The notes: generated by a model from the sequence alone, not told the origin. Positions 9,067 to 20,863 are shown, numbered from the stretch's first letter. The stretch is 64,000 nt of DNA from an uncultured Verrucomicrobiae bacterium (GCA_963812605.1 CAWEWF010000014.1:819438-883437); one strand, 5' to 3'. Numbers and translations are program-made.

Positions 9067-11205
9067 CTACGGAACCGGCTCGAGGGTCACGAAGCCGCTT
9101 TCATTCGTTCCCAGGAAAAGTCCGCCGCCGAAACGATTGGTCTGCAAGAGTTCCCCGTTGAAGAAAATCGGCATCTTGTTGATGGCCGTGTTCACGAAGC
9201 TGCCGCTGAACAGCCCGGTCGTCGGCGCCACAAATAAGGACAACTTGTCGCTACCGGGCGTCAGCACCGTGACATTGCCAAAAGCATCCACGACCACGGT
9301 GTTGACGATGTTGCTGACGAGGTTGCCGCCGCCCAGCGTCACCACGTTGGTTCCCGCGACCGACGGGTTGCCATTGTTCGGTTTGGTGTACACGGCGCCC
9401 GTCAATTCCACCAGCGTCGTAAACCCACCAGAATAGAAATGAGTCGTTGGGAGCGGCGGTTTCAGCCAGTCGAGCGCGGCGTCGACGAAGTTGGTGCCGG
9501 TAAAGACGAGCCGCCCGAGTGAAATGCCTTTATTCTGATACAGCACCTGATAGAATGGCCATGTATTAATCAACGATACGGGGGCAAGGGCGGAAATCGG
9601 CGTTCCATCACCCAGTACCCCCTTCAGGCGCCCCCTCCCGAGTTTCGAAACGGTCAATGTCCCGTAGCCGTATCCCTGGGGAAAATTCGGGTCCGCTGGA
9701 TTCGCGGGCGGCACTACAAACGTGAATCGACCCGCCACGGGGCAATGAAATGACTTGGTGAAGCCGCCCAGGTCAGCGAGCACCTGCGAGGTGAACACGC
9801 CGTCCGACACCGTGCCGATGATCTGGTTCGTCCCACCGGTCTGCGTCAACTGCAACATGACCTGGAGTGGGCTCAGGTTGCCGCGCGCAACGGTGTTCGT
9901 CGCAAATCCTCCGACATCGAACTGGCCCTGAAACATCGAGCGTGCGGTGCCCATGGTCAGCTTGGCGGTGAATGTTCCGGGGGCATTCAGGGCGAGGCTG
10001 AGGGAACCCGAACTCGCGACGGAAAGCGCGTTGGTCTGAAGCACCAGGCCGCTGTAAGTCCCGGCAGGGAAGATATTGAACTTTAAAACGGTGCCGTGAA
10101 GTCCCGAACCCCCGAAACCGGTCGTCCCGTAGAAATTGCTGTCGCTGCCCTGGATGAGCCCGGCGTACGGGAAACCGCCCTGGGTGCCACCGCTGAAGTT
10201 ATACAGTGGCGAGAACACACTGTTGGAGGTGACCTGGTACACGGTCCCAAAACGAAATCCTCCGCCGAGGGTCATCCCATAGAAGAAACCGTCGAGACCC
10301 TGGACCAGCACGCCCCGCGAATCCTTCCCTTCGCCGCCGGAAAAATTATGCAGGGTGGTTAACGTGCCCGCCGAAGTGATCTTGAAGACCGTGCCATCAC
10401 CCTGTTTCCCGCCCGAGGTTGTCCCGTAGAAAAGGCCGTCGCTGCCCTGGATCATCTGTGCGTCCGGGAAATCACCATTCGTGTTGCCGTTAAACTGGAA
10501 CAAGGTGGTCAACGTGCCGGCCGGGGTGATCTGGAACACCGTGCCGGCCTTGCTGTCCTTGTTGGTACCTCCGAAATAAGTTGTGCCGTAAAAATTGCTG
10601 TCGCTGCCTTGTACCAAGCCCGCCGTCGGGCTGGCGCCGTTGGTGGCGTTGAAGCTAAAAAGTGTCGTAAAAGTGCCCGCAGAACTGACGGTAAATACGC
10701 TGCCAGTGCCATTCACCCCGCCCGCAACGGTGGTTCCGTAGAAAAGACCGTCATTGCCCTGGGCAAGCTGGATCGCCGGAAAAGCGCCGTCGATGCCGCC
10801 GGTAAAAGTATAGACCGTCGTAAACGCGCCGTTGGAACTGACCTGATAAATTGTGCCGAAGCCGGCCCCGCCGCCGAAGGTCGTTCCGTAAAACAATCCG
10901 TCGCTGCCCTGAATCACGCCTGCGCGCGGGTCCGAGCCGTCAGCCCCGCCCGTAAAGTCATAGATGGTGGTCAACGTGCCGGCCGTGGTGATTTTGAAGA
11001 CGGTGCCGGTGCCGTGCGTCCCGCCTTCCGCTGTTGTCCCATAAAAAAGGCCGTCGTTGGCCTGTACCAACTCCGATTGCGGCAGGCCGCCGTCCGAGCC
11101 GGCAAATCTATAGACAATCGTGGGGTTGAGCTTGGTCACCACGGCGCATTTGCCCGCCGTGGCCAGCAGGACAAGGGCTGCTAAAATACAGAAACTTTTC
11201 AACAC
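9067..11205 (-). CDS. Secreted protein with GloVer (Gloeo_Verruco) tandem beta-propeller-type repeats
   Basis: About 7 repeats of L(V/I)QGSDGxFYGTTxxGGxxxxGTVF(K/Q)IT; signal peptide. Confidence 0.85.
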   Translation of the reverse strand: MLKSFCILAALVLLATAGKCAVVTKLNPTIVYRFAGSDGGLPQSELVQANDGLFYGTTAEGGTHGTGTVFKITTAGTLTTIYDFTGGADGSDPRAGVIQGSDGLFYGTTFGGGAGFGTIYQVSSNGAFTTVYTFTGGIDGAFPAIQLAQGNDGLFYGTTVAGGVNGTGSVFTVSSAGTFTTLFSFNATNGASPTAGLVQGSDSNFYGTTYFGGTNKDSKAGTVFQITPAGTLTTLFQFNGNTNGDFPDAQMIQGSDGLFYGTTSGGKQGDGTVFKITSAGTLTTLHNFSGGEGKDSRGVLVQGLDGFFYGMTLGGGFRFGTVYQVTSNSVFSPLYNFSGGTQGGFPYAGLIQGSDSNFYGTTGFGGSGLHGTVLKFNIFPAGTYSGLVLQTNALSVASSGSLSLALNAPGTFTAKLTMGTARSMFQGQFDVGGFATNTVARGNLSPLQVMLQLTQTGGTNQIIGTVSDGVFTSQVLADLGGFTKSFHCPVAGRFTFVVPPANPADPNFPQGYGYGTLTVSKLGRGRLKGVLGDGTPISALAPVSLINTWPFYQVLYQNKGISLGRLVFTGTNFVDAALDWLKPPLPTTHFYSGGFTTLVELTGAVYTKPNNGNPSVAGTNVVTLGGGNLVSNIVNTVVVDAFGNVTVLTPGSDKLSLFVAPTTGLFSGSFVNTAINKMPIFFNGELLQTNRFGGGLFLGTNESGFVTLEPVP

Positions 11206-11503
11206 GACACGTTTTCCTCTCAGTTTTCTTTGGCGCGGACGGTTCCCCCGACAGGCTGGCCACCACCAAGCACAACTTCATAGCGGAACGACCTGTCCAC
11301 GTCAATACAGGGAATTCGTCATCGCCGCCAAATGGGCAAAGACGCAGTATTTGTGCTTCGTTTCGGCGTTGACCACGTGCGCATTTGTTTCGTCGCAGTT
11401 TGTGTGGAATAGTTTTGACGTGCTGTGAGTGGGCGCGCTATTGAAGTGCAGGGATGGCGCGCTTCAGGGACCAAGGAGTTGGACCGGTGGAGTGGTGGCG
11501 ACG

Positions 11504-12154
11504 ATGGCGCAGATATTTCATCCGAGCACGAATACGCTCTCGAAGGTCAGCCTGTTTGGGGCGCTCTTCTTCTTGGCTGGCCTGGCCTGGGTCGGTGGTG
11601 AACTGTACCGCTCGCCGTACGTAACGCGGGCGGGCACGCCGGTGGAGCAACCAGTGCCCTTCAGCCATAAACATCATGTTCGCGACGACGGCATTGATTG
11701 TCGCTACTGTCATACTTCCGTCGAGAAGTCCGCGTTCGCCGGCATTCCGCCAACCAAGACCTGCATGACTTGTCACTCCATGATCTGGCCCGATGCCCCC
11801 ATGCTGGAACCCGTTCGCAACAGCTTCCAGACGGACCAATCGATCCAGTGGACGCGCGTCGATTATCTGCCGCAGTTTGTATACTTCAACCATAGCATCC
11901 ACATTCACAAGGGCGTCGGGTGCACCACCTGTCATGGACCGGTCGGCGACATGCCGCTCACGTGGCAAAGCGCGACGCTGCAAATGCGTTGGTGTGTGGA
12001 CTGCCACCGGCAACCCGAACAGTATCTGCGTCCCCGCGAAGCAGTGTTCAGCGTCGATTGGAAACCGCCTTTCGACCAACTCGCGCAAGGACGAAAACTT
12101 ATGAACGAGTACGACGTCAAGTCGCTTATCGATTGCTACACGTGCCACCGATGA
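11504..12154 (+). CDS. actA: Alternative complex III pentaheme cytochrome c subunit
   Basis: MAQIFHPS start, QPVPFSHKHH and five CxxCH motifs (CRYCH, CMTCH, CTTCH, CVDCH, CYTCH). Confidence 0.92.
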   Translation: MAQIFHPSTNTLSKVSLFGALFFLAGLAWVGGELYRSPYVTRAGTPVEQPVPFSHKHHVRDDGIDCRYCHTSVEKSAFAGIPPTKTCMTCHSMIWPDAPMLEPVRNSFQTDQSIQWTRVDYLPQFVYFNHSIHIHKGVGCTTCHGPVGDMPLTWQSATLQMRWCVDCHRQPEQYLRPREAVFSVDWKPPFDQLAQGRKLMNEYDVKSLIDCYTCHR

Positions 12155-15092
12155 AATCAGAACCACTCAATTTGTCGACGATTCGCGCGCGCCTGGCTGC
12201 GACCCGTGGCAAACAGTATTGGCGGAGCCTGGAGGAAATCGCTGACACGAAGGAGTTTCAGCAGTTTGTGCAACGCGAGTTTCCCGCCCAGGCTTCGGAG
12301 TGGTACGACGAACTCAGCCGCCGTCAATTCCTGAAGATCATGGGCGCCTCTCTCGCGCTGGCGGGCCTCAACGCCTGCATGAAAATGCCGGAGGAAAAGA
12401 TTGTCCCCTATGTCCGCCAACCGGAGGAGATCATTCCGGGTAACCCGCTTTTCTTTGCCACGGCCGTCACGCTGGGGGGCTACGCCAGCGGCTTGTTGGT
12501 GGAAAGCCACGAGGGCCGACCGACAAAGATCGAGGGCAATCCGCTTCATCCCGCCAGTCTCGGCGCCACCGATGCATTTGCGCAGGCTTCCCTATTGACA
12601 CTTTACGATCCGGACCGTTCCCAGGTCGTCAGCAATGCGGGACAAATCAGCACCTGGTCCGAGTTCCTCGCGGCTCTTCGCGCTGGCCTTGAAGGCCAGA
12701 ACGCCCACAAGGGAGCGGGCCTGCGAATTCTCTCGGAAACAGTTTCTTCACCAACACTTGCCCGCCAAATCGCGGTGATACTGGAGAAATTTCCGCAAGC
12801 CAAATGGCATCAGTACGAACCGCTGGCCCGCGATAATGCATGGGAAGGAAGCCGTCTCGCTTTTGGCGAGGCTGTCGAGACGCGTTATCATTTTGACAAG
12901 GCCGACGTAATCCTCGCGCTCGACGCCGACTTTCTTTTTCCGGTCCTGGTTGGGTGCGGTACGCGCGCGAGTTTGCCGACAAACGCCGCCTGCGAAGCGG
13001 ACAGAACGCCATGAACCGTCTCTACGTGGTTGAACCCATCCCCTCCACCACCGGCGCGATGGCGGACCATCGGCTGGCGGTGCGCGCCGGTTTGGTGAAA
13101 GATTTTGCCGAGGCAATTGCTGGAGAGTTGGGCGTTTTAGATGAAAAGAAGGGTCTCCCGGACGAGGGTCATAATCGATGGATCAAGGCCGTCGTTCGCG
13201 ATCTGCAAAAGCATCGCGGGGCGAGCATTGTTCTCGCCGGGGATCAACAACCCCCGTCGGTTCACGCCCTGGCACATGCCATTAACGCTGCGCTTGGCAA
13301 TACGAGCCAGACCGTCAGCTATACCGCACCCGTCGCCGCGCGTTCCGTAAACCAATTGGAGTCGCTACGGGAGCTTGTCCAAGATATGCAGGCCGGCGTT
13401 GTCGAGACGCTGGTGGTCCTTGGTGGCAACCCGGTCTACAATGCACCGGCGGATTTTCGCTTCGCCGAGGCGATGTCCAAGGTGAAATTCCGCGTCCATC
13501 TGGGGCTCAACGAAGATGAGACTTCGCAGTTGTGCCATTGGCACATTCCCGAAACCCACTATCTGGAAACCTGGAGCGACTCGCGCGCGTTCGACGGGAC
13601 GGTGACCATCCAGCAACCGTTGATCGCGCCCCTTTACAACGGGAAGTCGGCCCATGAATTTCTCGCGGCGCTTCTTGGCCACGCGGAACAAACCAGCCAT
13701 GACATCGTTCGGGAATATTGGAGGGCGCATGGATTGGAGGACGACAATTCCTGGCATGCCGCCCTGCACGATGGAGTGATACCGGGAACTGTCTTCAAAC
13801 CCAAAGCGGTGAGTTTGCGGCCGATTCAACATATCGAAGCGAGTGTTGACGCCGGGATGGAGTTGGTTTTTCTGCCCGACCCGACGATTTCGGATGGACG
13901 ATTCGCCAACAATGGTTGGCTGCAAGAGTTGCCCAAGCCGTTGACGCGCCTGACCTGGGACAATGCCGCGCTGGTGAGCCCCGCGACCGGAGAAAAACTC
14001 GGTGTCTCCAATGAAGATGTAGTCGAACTAAAGTTTGGCGGGCAAACTATGCGCGCCCCCATCTGGATTGTGCCGGGACAGGCGGATCAAACCGTCGTCG
14101 TAACGCTGGGTTACGGACGCACTCACGCCGGGCATGTGGGAAATGGCGTGGGATTTAACGCCTATAACCTTCGTCGATCGGATGCTCTTTGGCTCGGGCA
14201 GGGACTGGAGATTCGCAAGACAGGTGAGCGACAGTCCTTGTCCTGCACCCAACACCATCAAACCATGGAAGGTCGCGATCTTGTGCGCGTCGGGACGATG
14301 GAGGAGTTCCAGAACAATCCATCTTTCGCCCGCAACGAAATCGATCAGCCATCGCTCTACCCAGCACAAAAATATAATGGTTACGCGTGGGGCATGGCAA
14401 TCGACCAAACTGCTTGCGTTGGCTGCAGCGCTTGCGTGGTGGCCTGCCAGTCGGAGAACAACATCCCGATTGTGGGCAAAGAGCAGGTCGCGCGCGGGCG
14501 TGAAATGCATTGGATCCGTATCGACCGCTATTTCCAGGGTGAGTTGGACTCCCCGGCCATCTATTTCGAGCCGGTTCCGTGCATGCACTGTGAAAATGCT
14601 CCCTGCGAAGTGGTTTGTCCCGTGGGCGCGACGCAACACAGCAATGAGGGGTTGAACGAGATGGTTTACAACCGCTGCATCGGCACGCGGTATTGCTCGA
14701 ACAATTGTCCCTACAAGGTGCGGCGCTTCAATTTTCTCCAGTATTCAGACGTGAAAACACCCAGTTTGAAGATGCTGGCCAATCCCAATGTAACGGTGCG
14801 CAATCGCGGCGTGATGGAAAAATGCACGTACTGCGTCCAGCGGATCCAGGCCGTCAAGATTACGGCGGAGATCGGAGACCGAAAAATCCGCGATGGCGAG
14901 ATCATTCCCGCGTGCGCCCAGGTGTGTCCCACACAGGCGATTGTGTTTGGCGACATCAACGACCCGAAGAGTCAGGTGGCCAGGCTCAAAGCCCAGCCCC
15001 ATAACTACGGTTTGCTGGTCGAATTGAACGCGCGACCACGCACGACCTATCTGGCCCGGATCCGCAACCCTAATCCCGAAATCGAAACGTAA
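12151..15092 (+). CDS. actB: Alternative complex III molybdopterin-oxidoreductase-like/Fe-S subunit (one frameshift near 12935-12945 as assembled)
   Basis: YWRSLEE, Tat motif SRRQFLK plus lipobox Cys, and C-terminal Fe-S motifs CVGCSACVVAC, CMHCENAPCEVVCP, CIGTRYCSNNCP, CTYC; split between ORFs 11920-13014 and 12954-15092. Confidence 0.9.
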
Positions 15093-16468
15093 TGCCTGGC
15101 AATCCCAAAAAACGGCAAAAGTCGAGCGCTTTGACTCCGCAACCAGCAGTGGTTGCCCCGGGCTACACGTACGCCTCGGTCACCGAAAAAATCAGCGGCA
15201 TTGTCCTGACGCGGCGTACCCCGTTGTTTTGGGTGGTCGTATTCACCAGCGCATTTCTTTTGTTCCTGCTGCTCTCGGTTGCCATCAGTTACCTGCTCTA
15301 CAAAGGCGTCGGCATCTGGGGCATCAACATTCCCGTCGGCTGGGGATTTGCCATCGTGAACTTCGTCTGGTGGGTTGGAATCGGTCACGCGGGAACACTG
15401 ATTTCCGCGTTTCTGCTGCTCTTGCGCCAGGAGTGGCGCACATCCATCAATCGGTTCGCCGAAGCGATGACACTCTTCGCGGTCGCCTGCGCCGGCCTGT
15501 TCCCGCTGCTGCATCTGGGCAGGCCCTGGGTTTTTTACTGGCTTTTCCCCTACCCCGATACGATGCGGCTCTGGCCACAATGGCGCAGTCCCTTGGTCTG
15601 GGACGTATTTGCAGTATCAACCTATGCGACCGTGTCACTCTTGTTCTGGTTCGTCGGACTGCTTCCCGATCTGGCCAGCATGCGCGATCGGGCGCGAAAC
15701 CGATTTGTGCGCGCACTGTACGGTTTTCTGGCCATGGGCTGGCGCGGCTCTGCGAAACACTGGCACCGGTACAAGATTGCCTATCTGTTGCTCGCCGGGC
15801 TGGCGGCGCCGCTGGTGGTGTCCGTGCACTCCGTGGTCAGTTTCGATTTTGCCGTCGCCATCGTGCCCGGCTGGCACAGCACCATTTTCCCCCCGTATTT
15901 TGTGGCGGGTGCGATCTTCTCGGGGTTCGCCATGGTCATGAGCCTCGCCATTCCGATTCGCAAGGTTTACGGGCTGGAAGACTTCATCACCCTGCGCCAC
16001 CTGGACAACATGGCGAAGATCGTCCTGGCGACCGGTTTGATGGTTTCCTACGGATATGTGATGGAGATCTTCATGGCGTGGTACAGTGGGAATCCGTTCG
16101 AGGCGTTCGTGAGCACCAACCGCATGATTGGTCCCTACGCCGTCGTGTTCTGGATGCTGATCTTCTGCAACGTGCTCACCCCGCAAGTGCTTTGGTTCAA
16201 ACGCCTGCGCACGAATATTCCCCTGCTCTTCATCGTTTCAATCCTGGTCAACATCGGCATGTGGTTGGAGCGCTTTATGATTGTCGTCGTCAGCCTGCAT
16301 CGCGATTTCATGCCCTCGGCGTGGGGCATGTATTATCCGACGTTCTGGGACCTGGCGACATTGTTCGGATCGGTGGGTTTGTTCCTCATGCTGATGTTTC
16401 TTTTCATCCGCGTCCTGCCGATGATTTCGATCTTTGAAATGCGCGAACTGGTTGGAGAAAAGAAATGA
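15092..16468 (+). CDS. actC: Alternative complex III NrfD/PsrC-family quinol-oxidising membrane subunit
   Basis: FVWWVGIGHAGTLISA, RFAEAMT, HLGRPW, SPLVWDVFA, WHSTIFPPYFVAGAIFSG. Confidence 0.95.
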   Translation: MPGNPKKRQKSSALTPQPAVVAPGYTYASVTEKISGIVLTRRTPLFWVVVFTSAFLLFLLLSVAISYLLYKGVGIWGINIPVGWGFAIVNFVWWVGIGHAGTLISAFLLLLRQEWRTSINRFAEAMTLFAVACAGLFPLLHLGRPWVFYWLFPYPDTMRLWPQWRSPLVWDVFAVSTYATVSLLFWFVGLLPDLASMRDRARNRFVRALYGFLAMGWRGSAKHWHRYKIAYLLLAGLAAPLVVSVHSVVSFDFAVAIVPGWHSTIFPPYFVAGAIFSGFAMVMSLAIPIRKVYGLEDFITLRHLDNMAKIVLATGLMVSYGYVMEIFMAWYSGNPFEAFVSTNRMIGPYAVVFWMLIFCNVLTPQVLWFKRLRTNIPLLFIVSILVNIGMWLERFMIVVVSLHRDFMPSAWGMYYPTFWDLATLFGSVGLFLMLMFLFIRVLPMISIFEMRELVGEKK

Positions 16469-17010
16469 AACCGAAACCTCGACCGCCGATTTATGGTGTG
16501 GTGGCTGAATTCGATGCGCCGGAGGCCCTGGTCGCTGCCGCTGGAAAAACCATCGCGCAGGGTTATCGCAAAGTGGAGGCGAACAGCCCCTTTCCCGTCG
16601 AAGGCCTGGACGAAGCGCTTGGGTTTCATCATAGTCGCGTTCCCTTGCTCACCTTGATTGGAGGCGTCATCGGGTGTGTCGGCGGGTTTTTCATGCAATG
16701 GTTTTCGGCGGTCAAACATTACCCGATCAACGTCGGCGGACGACCGCTGAACAGTTGGCCCGCGTTTATCCCGGTCACATTCGAGTTGACGATTCTCTGC
16801 GCCGCGATTGCCGCGGTGCTGGGCATGCTGGCGCTGAACGGACTGCCGATGCCATATCATCCGCTGTTCAATGTCGCGCGCTTCGAACGCGCCAGCCGCG
16901 ATCGCTTTTTCCTCTGCATCGAGGCCACTGACCCACAATTTGACCGCGAAAGTACGAAACAATTTCTGGAAAGCCTGAAACCCAACGGCGTGTATGAAGT
17001 GGAACATTAA
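16465..17010 (+). CDS. actD: Alternative complex III subunit (DUF3341)
   Basis: SPFPVEGLDEALG and YPINVGGRPLNSWPAFIPVTFELT. Confidence 0.92.
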   Translation: MKPKPRPPIYGVVAEFDAPEALVAAAGKTIAQGYRKVEANSPFPVEGLDEALGFHHSRVPLLTLIGGVIGCVGGFFMQWFSAVKHYPINVGGRPLNSWPAFIPVTFELTILCAAIAAVLGMLALNGLPMPYHPLFNVARFERASRDRFFLCIEATDPQFDRESTKQFLESLKPNGVYEVEH

Positions 17011-17587
17011 AAAAACGGGGCGTGTCCTGGGGGCCGCGCTCACCTTGGCGTTGCTGACGGCGTGTGACATGCAGGATATGTATCAAGAGCCCAAGTATGA
17101 ACCGTTACAGCCCAGCGAATCGTTTAACGATGGGCGTTCAGCGCGTCCGCTGGAACCGGATACCGTGGCCCAGGGGCCATTGCGCACCAACACGCTGTTC
17201 TACACTGGCAAATCGGACGGAAAGAATGCAACGGCTTTGCCCATGCCGCTGACGGTGCAACTCCTAAAGCGCGGCGGCGAGCGATACGATATTTATTGCG
17301 CGCCGTGCCATGACCGCGTCGGTAACGGCAACGGAATGATCGTGCAGCGGGGATTTCGTCCGCCCGCGTCGTTTCATATTCAACGATTGCGCGACGCACC
17401 TATCGGTCATTTCTACGATGTCATGTCGACTGGATTTGGGACGATGGCTGATTTTTCTGCCCAAATCACGCCCGAAGATCGCTGGGCGATCGCGGCCTAC
17501 ATTCGCGCCTTGCAACTCAGCCAACACGCGTCGCTGGCACAGGTGCCAACGGAGCAACGACAGCGATTGGAGGCGCAAGGGCCATGA
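16994..17587 (+). CDS. actE: Alternative complex III monoheme cytochrome c lipoprotein
   Basis: LTAC lipobox, DMYQEPKYEPL, CAPCH, DRWAIAAYIRALQ. Confidence 0.9.
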   Translation: MKWNIKKTGRVLGAALTLALLTACDMQDMYQEPKYEPLQPSESFNDGRSARPLEPDTVAQGPLRTNTLFYTGKSDGKNATALPMPLTVQLLKRGGERYDIYCAPCHDRVGNGNGMIVQRGFRPPASFHIQRLRDAPIGHFYDVMSTGFGTMADFSAQITPEDRWAIAAYIRALQLSQHASLAQVPTEQRQRLEAQGP

Positions 17588-18756
17588 ACGATGTCGGCCG
17601 TATTCAACCAGTACTCGATCGTTTGCAAAAAACATTCCTGCGTATCGGCCTGGCAGCGTTGGTGCTGTGCGCGGTCGGCGCAGCACTGAACTCCAAACGA
17701 TTCTTCGAGGCCTATCTGATGGCTTACGTTTTCTGGCTGGGAATTGCGCTGGGATGCCAGGCGATTCTCATGATTCACCACCTGGCTGGCGGCCGCTGGG
17801 GATTCGCCGTCCGTCGTCTGCTGGAAGCGGCCAGTGGAACATTGCCATTGCTCACGGTGTTGTTCATCCCCTGTCTGTTCGGAATGCATAGCCTTTACAT
17901 CTGGACCCGTCCGGAAGCGCTTGCCGCGGATGAACTGCTGCGGCACAAGCAGCCCTACTTGAACGCTCCGTTCTTCGTGATTCGTGCGGGAATCTATTTT
18001 GCCGTTTGGCTGGGAACAATGGCCCTCTTGCGTCGCGCTTCGTTGGTTCAGGATCAAACACCCAGCCGAGAAGTGACGCGACGCCTGACGCTGATCAGCG
18101 GCGCCGGACTGGGTCTCTATATGCTGACGATGACCTTTGCCAGCATTGATTGGATGATGTCACTCGAGCCAAGCTGGTTTTCGACCATCTACGGTCTTCT
18201 GATAATGACGGGCCAGGTTCTGTGCGCCTTCGCGCTGGTGATCATCGTTGCCGCATTCCTCGTTACGCATAAATCCTACGCGGAGGTCATTCTGCCTTTG
18301 CATTTCCATGACCTTGGCAACTTTCTGCTGACCTTCGTCATCTTCTGGGCCTACATGGCGTTTTCACAGTTCCTCATCATTTGGTCGGGTAATTTGCCGG
18401 ACGAGAATTCCTGGTACCTGCATCGATTGGTCGGCGGTTGGAAAGGCGTGGGTGTCGTGCTGATCGTCCTGCATTTCTTCGTCCCCTTCGTGTTGCTCTT
18501 GTCACGCGATCTCAAACGCCGTTCGTCCTGGCTCTCGCAGGTGGCGCTGACCGTCTTCGTGATGGGATTGGTGGACATCTTCTGGATCGTCGCGCCGGGG
18601 TTCGGTCGCCCGGTATTTCGGATTTACTGGATGGATATCATGGGCCCGATTGGCATCGGTGGCGTGTGGCTGGCCATGTTCATCCAGCAACTGAAGGGTA
18701 AATCGACTGTGCCAGCGCATGACTCCCGTGTGGAGGAGGAATTGGAATGGGCATGA
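17584..18756 (+). CDS. actF: Alternative complex III membrane subunit
   Basis: DWMMSLEPSWFSTIYG, HDLGNFLL, FSQFLIIWSGNLPDE. Confidence 0.9.
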   Translation: MNDVGRIQPVLDRLQKTFLRIGLAALVLCAVGAALNSKRFFEAYLMAYVFWLGIALGCQAILMIHHLAGGRWGFAVRRLLEAASGTLPLLTVLFIPCLFGMHSLYIWTRPEALAADELLRHKQPYLNAPFFVIRAGIYFAVWLGTMALLRRASLVQDQTPSREVTRRLTLISGAGLGLYMLTMTFASIDWMMSLEPSWFSTIYGLLIMTGQVLCAFALVIIVAAFLVTHKSYAEVILPLHFHDLGNFLLTFVIFWAYMAFSQFLIIWSGNLPDENSWYLHRLVGGWKGVGVVLIVLHFFVPFVLLLSRDLKRRSSWLSQVALTVFVMGLVDIFWIVAPGFGRPVFRIYWMDIMGPIGIGGVWLAMFIQQLKGKSTVPAHDSRVEEELEWA

Positions 18757-19115
18757 ACGAAAACCGGCAGCAACGGGGTTATGAGAAGCGCGATATCAGC
18801 GTCGTCGCCGTGGCGCTCTTTGCCGCCAGTCTGGTGCTGGCCCTGCTCATCGTACATTATTTGGCGCTGGGGACATTTCATCATCTGGCCGGGCAATCCT
18901 CGGGGTACGCAGCCCCTTCGCCCCTGGCCAAAACGCGGGAAGAATTCACGGGACCGCGATTGCTGGTCAACCAGAAGTTGGACATGGAGACATTTCGCGC
19001 TTCTGAAGACAACTTGCTCAACAATTACGGTTGGGTTGATCGGAATCGGGGCGTCGTCCGCATTCCCATCGACCGCGCCATCGATCTTCTGGCGCAACAG
19101 GGAACCGTGCCATGA
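18747..19115 (+). CDS. Small membrane protein, ActG-like
   Basis: GYEKRD, one TM, YGWVDRNRGVVRIPIDRAIDLL; lies between actF and SCO. Confidence 0.65.
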   Translation: MGMNENRQQRGYEKRDISVVAVALFAASLVLALLIVHYLALGTFHHLAGQSSGYAAPSPLAKTREEFTGPRLLVNQKLDMETFRASEDNLLNNYGWVDRNRGVVRIPIDRAIDLLAQQGTVP

Positions 19116-19909
19116 AAGCTCTGGCCCTGATTATCCTGATCCTGGGTTTCGCCGCGGCGACGCGGGCGGAGGACAATCGCCCACCCGCGCTAAAGGGAGT
19201 CGGAATCGATCAGCGGCTGAATGCGCAAGTGCCATTGGATTTGATGTTTCGCGACGAGGACGGCAGATCCGTCAGGCTCGGTGATTATTTCGGCAGCAAG
19301 CCCGTCATTCTCGCGCTCGTCTACTACAAATGCCCGATGTTATGCACCCTGACCCTGAATGGGTTGGAGCGCACCATGCGAGTCATGCCGTTCGACGTCG
19401 GCGATCAGTACACCGTGGTCACCGTGAGTTTTGATCCGCGCGAAACCCCTGCCTTGGCCACTGCCAAGAAACAGGAATACCTGGCGCATTACGGACGACC
19501 GGGCGGCGCGACGGGCTGGCATTTTTTGACGGGAGAAGAGTCGTCGATCCGCCCGCTTACCGAAGTTGTTGGATTCCATTACAACTACGATCCGCAATCC
19601 GGGCAGTATGCCCACACGACCGGCCTGGTCGTCTTGACGCCACAAGGAAGAATTGCCCGCTATTTTTATGGTGTGGAATTCTCTCCACGCGATTTGCGGC
19701 TGTCGTTGGTGGAAGCGTCCGCGAATAAAATCGGCTCGCGGGTCGATGAGATCCTGCTGTTCTGTTTTCACTACGACCCGGCAACGGGCAAATACGGGCT
19801 GGTAATCATGCGCGTCATTCAATTTGCCGGCGCAATCACGGTCTTGGCGCTGGGATCGTTCCTGGCGGTGATGTTGCTGCGAGAAAAAGAATCCAGGCTC
19901 AGAACATAG
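19112..19909 (+). CDS. SCO1/SenC family copper chaperone
   Basis: YYKCPMLC motif, GWHFLTG, YAH; precedes the oxidase genes. Confidence 0.9.
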   Translation: MKALALIILILGFAAATRAEDNRPPALKGVGIDQRLNAQVPLDLMFRDEDGRSVRLGDYFGSKPVILALVYYKCPMLCTLTLNGLERTMRVMPFDVGDQYTVVTVSFDPRETPALATAKKQEYLAHYGRPGGATGWHFLTGEESSIRPLTEVVGFHYNYDPQSGQYAHTTGLVVLTPQGRIARYFYGVEFSPRDLRLSLVEASANKIGSRVDEILLFCFHYDPATGKYGLVIMRVIQFAGAITVLALGSFLAVMLLREKESRLRT

Positions 19910-19912
19910 ATC

Positions 19913-20863
19913 ATGTGGCGAACATTTCCTCTATTTCCGGAGCAGGCATCCACCGTGGCCGGATCGGTGGATATGCTCTATTTCTTCCTGATTGGCGTCA
20001 GCGCCTTTTTCGCGTGCCTGATTTTTGCCTTGATCGCGTATTTCGTGGTGAAATATCGGCATCGCCCCGGTCACGAGCGGGCGGTGCCAACGCGGACCCA
20101 TATCGGCCTGGAAATCGCCTGGACGGGCATCCCGCTGTTGCTGACGGTTGTCATGTTCCTCTGGGGTGCGAAGCTCTTTTTCAATGACTACAACCCGCCC
20201 GCCGACGCCATGGAAGTTTTCGTGGTCGGCAAGCAATGGATGTGGAAATTTCAACATCCGGAAGGCCGGGCGGAAATCAATGAGTTGCATGTCCCGCGTG
20301 GACAACCGGTCAAATTGACGATGATTTCCGAGGACGTGATTCATGATCTGTTTGTGCCCGCGTTTCGCGTGAAGAAGGACGTGTTGCCAGGTCGGTACAC
20401 CATGGTGTGGTTTGAGGCAACCAGGATCGGCTCCTACCATCTGTTTTGCGCCCAGTACTGCGGCACGCAACACTCAAAGATGGGTGGCTGGGTGCACGTG
20501 ATGGAACCGGCGGACTATGCCAAATGGATTGAAGGCCCGGGCGCGGGTGAACCTTTGCCGGTGGCAGGCGCGCAATTGTTTCACAAACTGGGTTGCGCCG
20601 CCTGTCATCTCCCCCAGGGCAACGGCCAGGGACCCTCGTTGGTGGGAGTTTTTGGGCGGCCAGTGAAGTTGAATTCCGGCGCGACCATCGAGGCGAATGA
20701 AGATTATATCCGCGAAACAATTTCCCACCCGGGAGTCAAGGTTGTCGCCGGCTATCAGCCCATTATGCCCACGTTCAAGGGACTGGTTGGCGAGGAGGGA
20801 ATGCAACAGCTCATCGCCTACATCAAATCGCTGGGCAATGAAAGCGGGGCAAAGAACCCATGA
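19913..20863 (+). CDS. ctaC: Cytochrome caa3 oxidase subunit II with fused cytochrome c
   Basis: CuA ligands DVIH and [12 protein letters not shown]; C-terminal CAACH. Confidence 0.93.
   Translation: MWRTFPLFPEQASTVAGSVDMLYFFLIGVSAFFACLIFALIAYFVVKYRHRPGHERAVPTRTHIGLEIAWTGIPLLLTVVMFLWGAKLFFNDYNPPADAMEVFVVGKQWMWKFQHPEGRAEINELHVPRGQPVKLTMISEDVIHDLFVPAFRVKKDVLPGRYTMVWFEATRIGSYHLFCAQYCGTQHSKMGGWVHVMEPADYAKWIEGPGAGEPLPVAGAQLFHKLGCAACHLPQGNGQGPSLVGVFGRPVKLNSGATIEANEDYIRETISHPGVKVVAGYQPIMPTFKGLVGEEGMQQLIAYIKSLGNESGAKNP

Noticed and set aside
10080-11120. Periodic DNA repeats as a CRISPR array
   Set aside because: They are degenerate coding repeats of the GloVer protein; no identical repeats with unique spacers and no cas genes anywhere in the window.
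12930-12960. actB frameshift as pseudogenisation or natural ActB1/B2 split
   Set aside because: It falls at a T-rich run in mid-domain, not at the B1/B2 boundary, in an otherwise intact operon; most likely an assembly indel.
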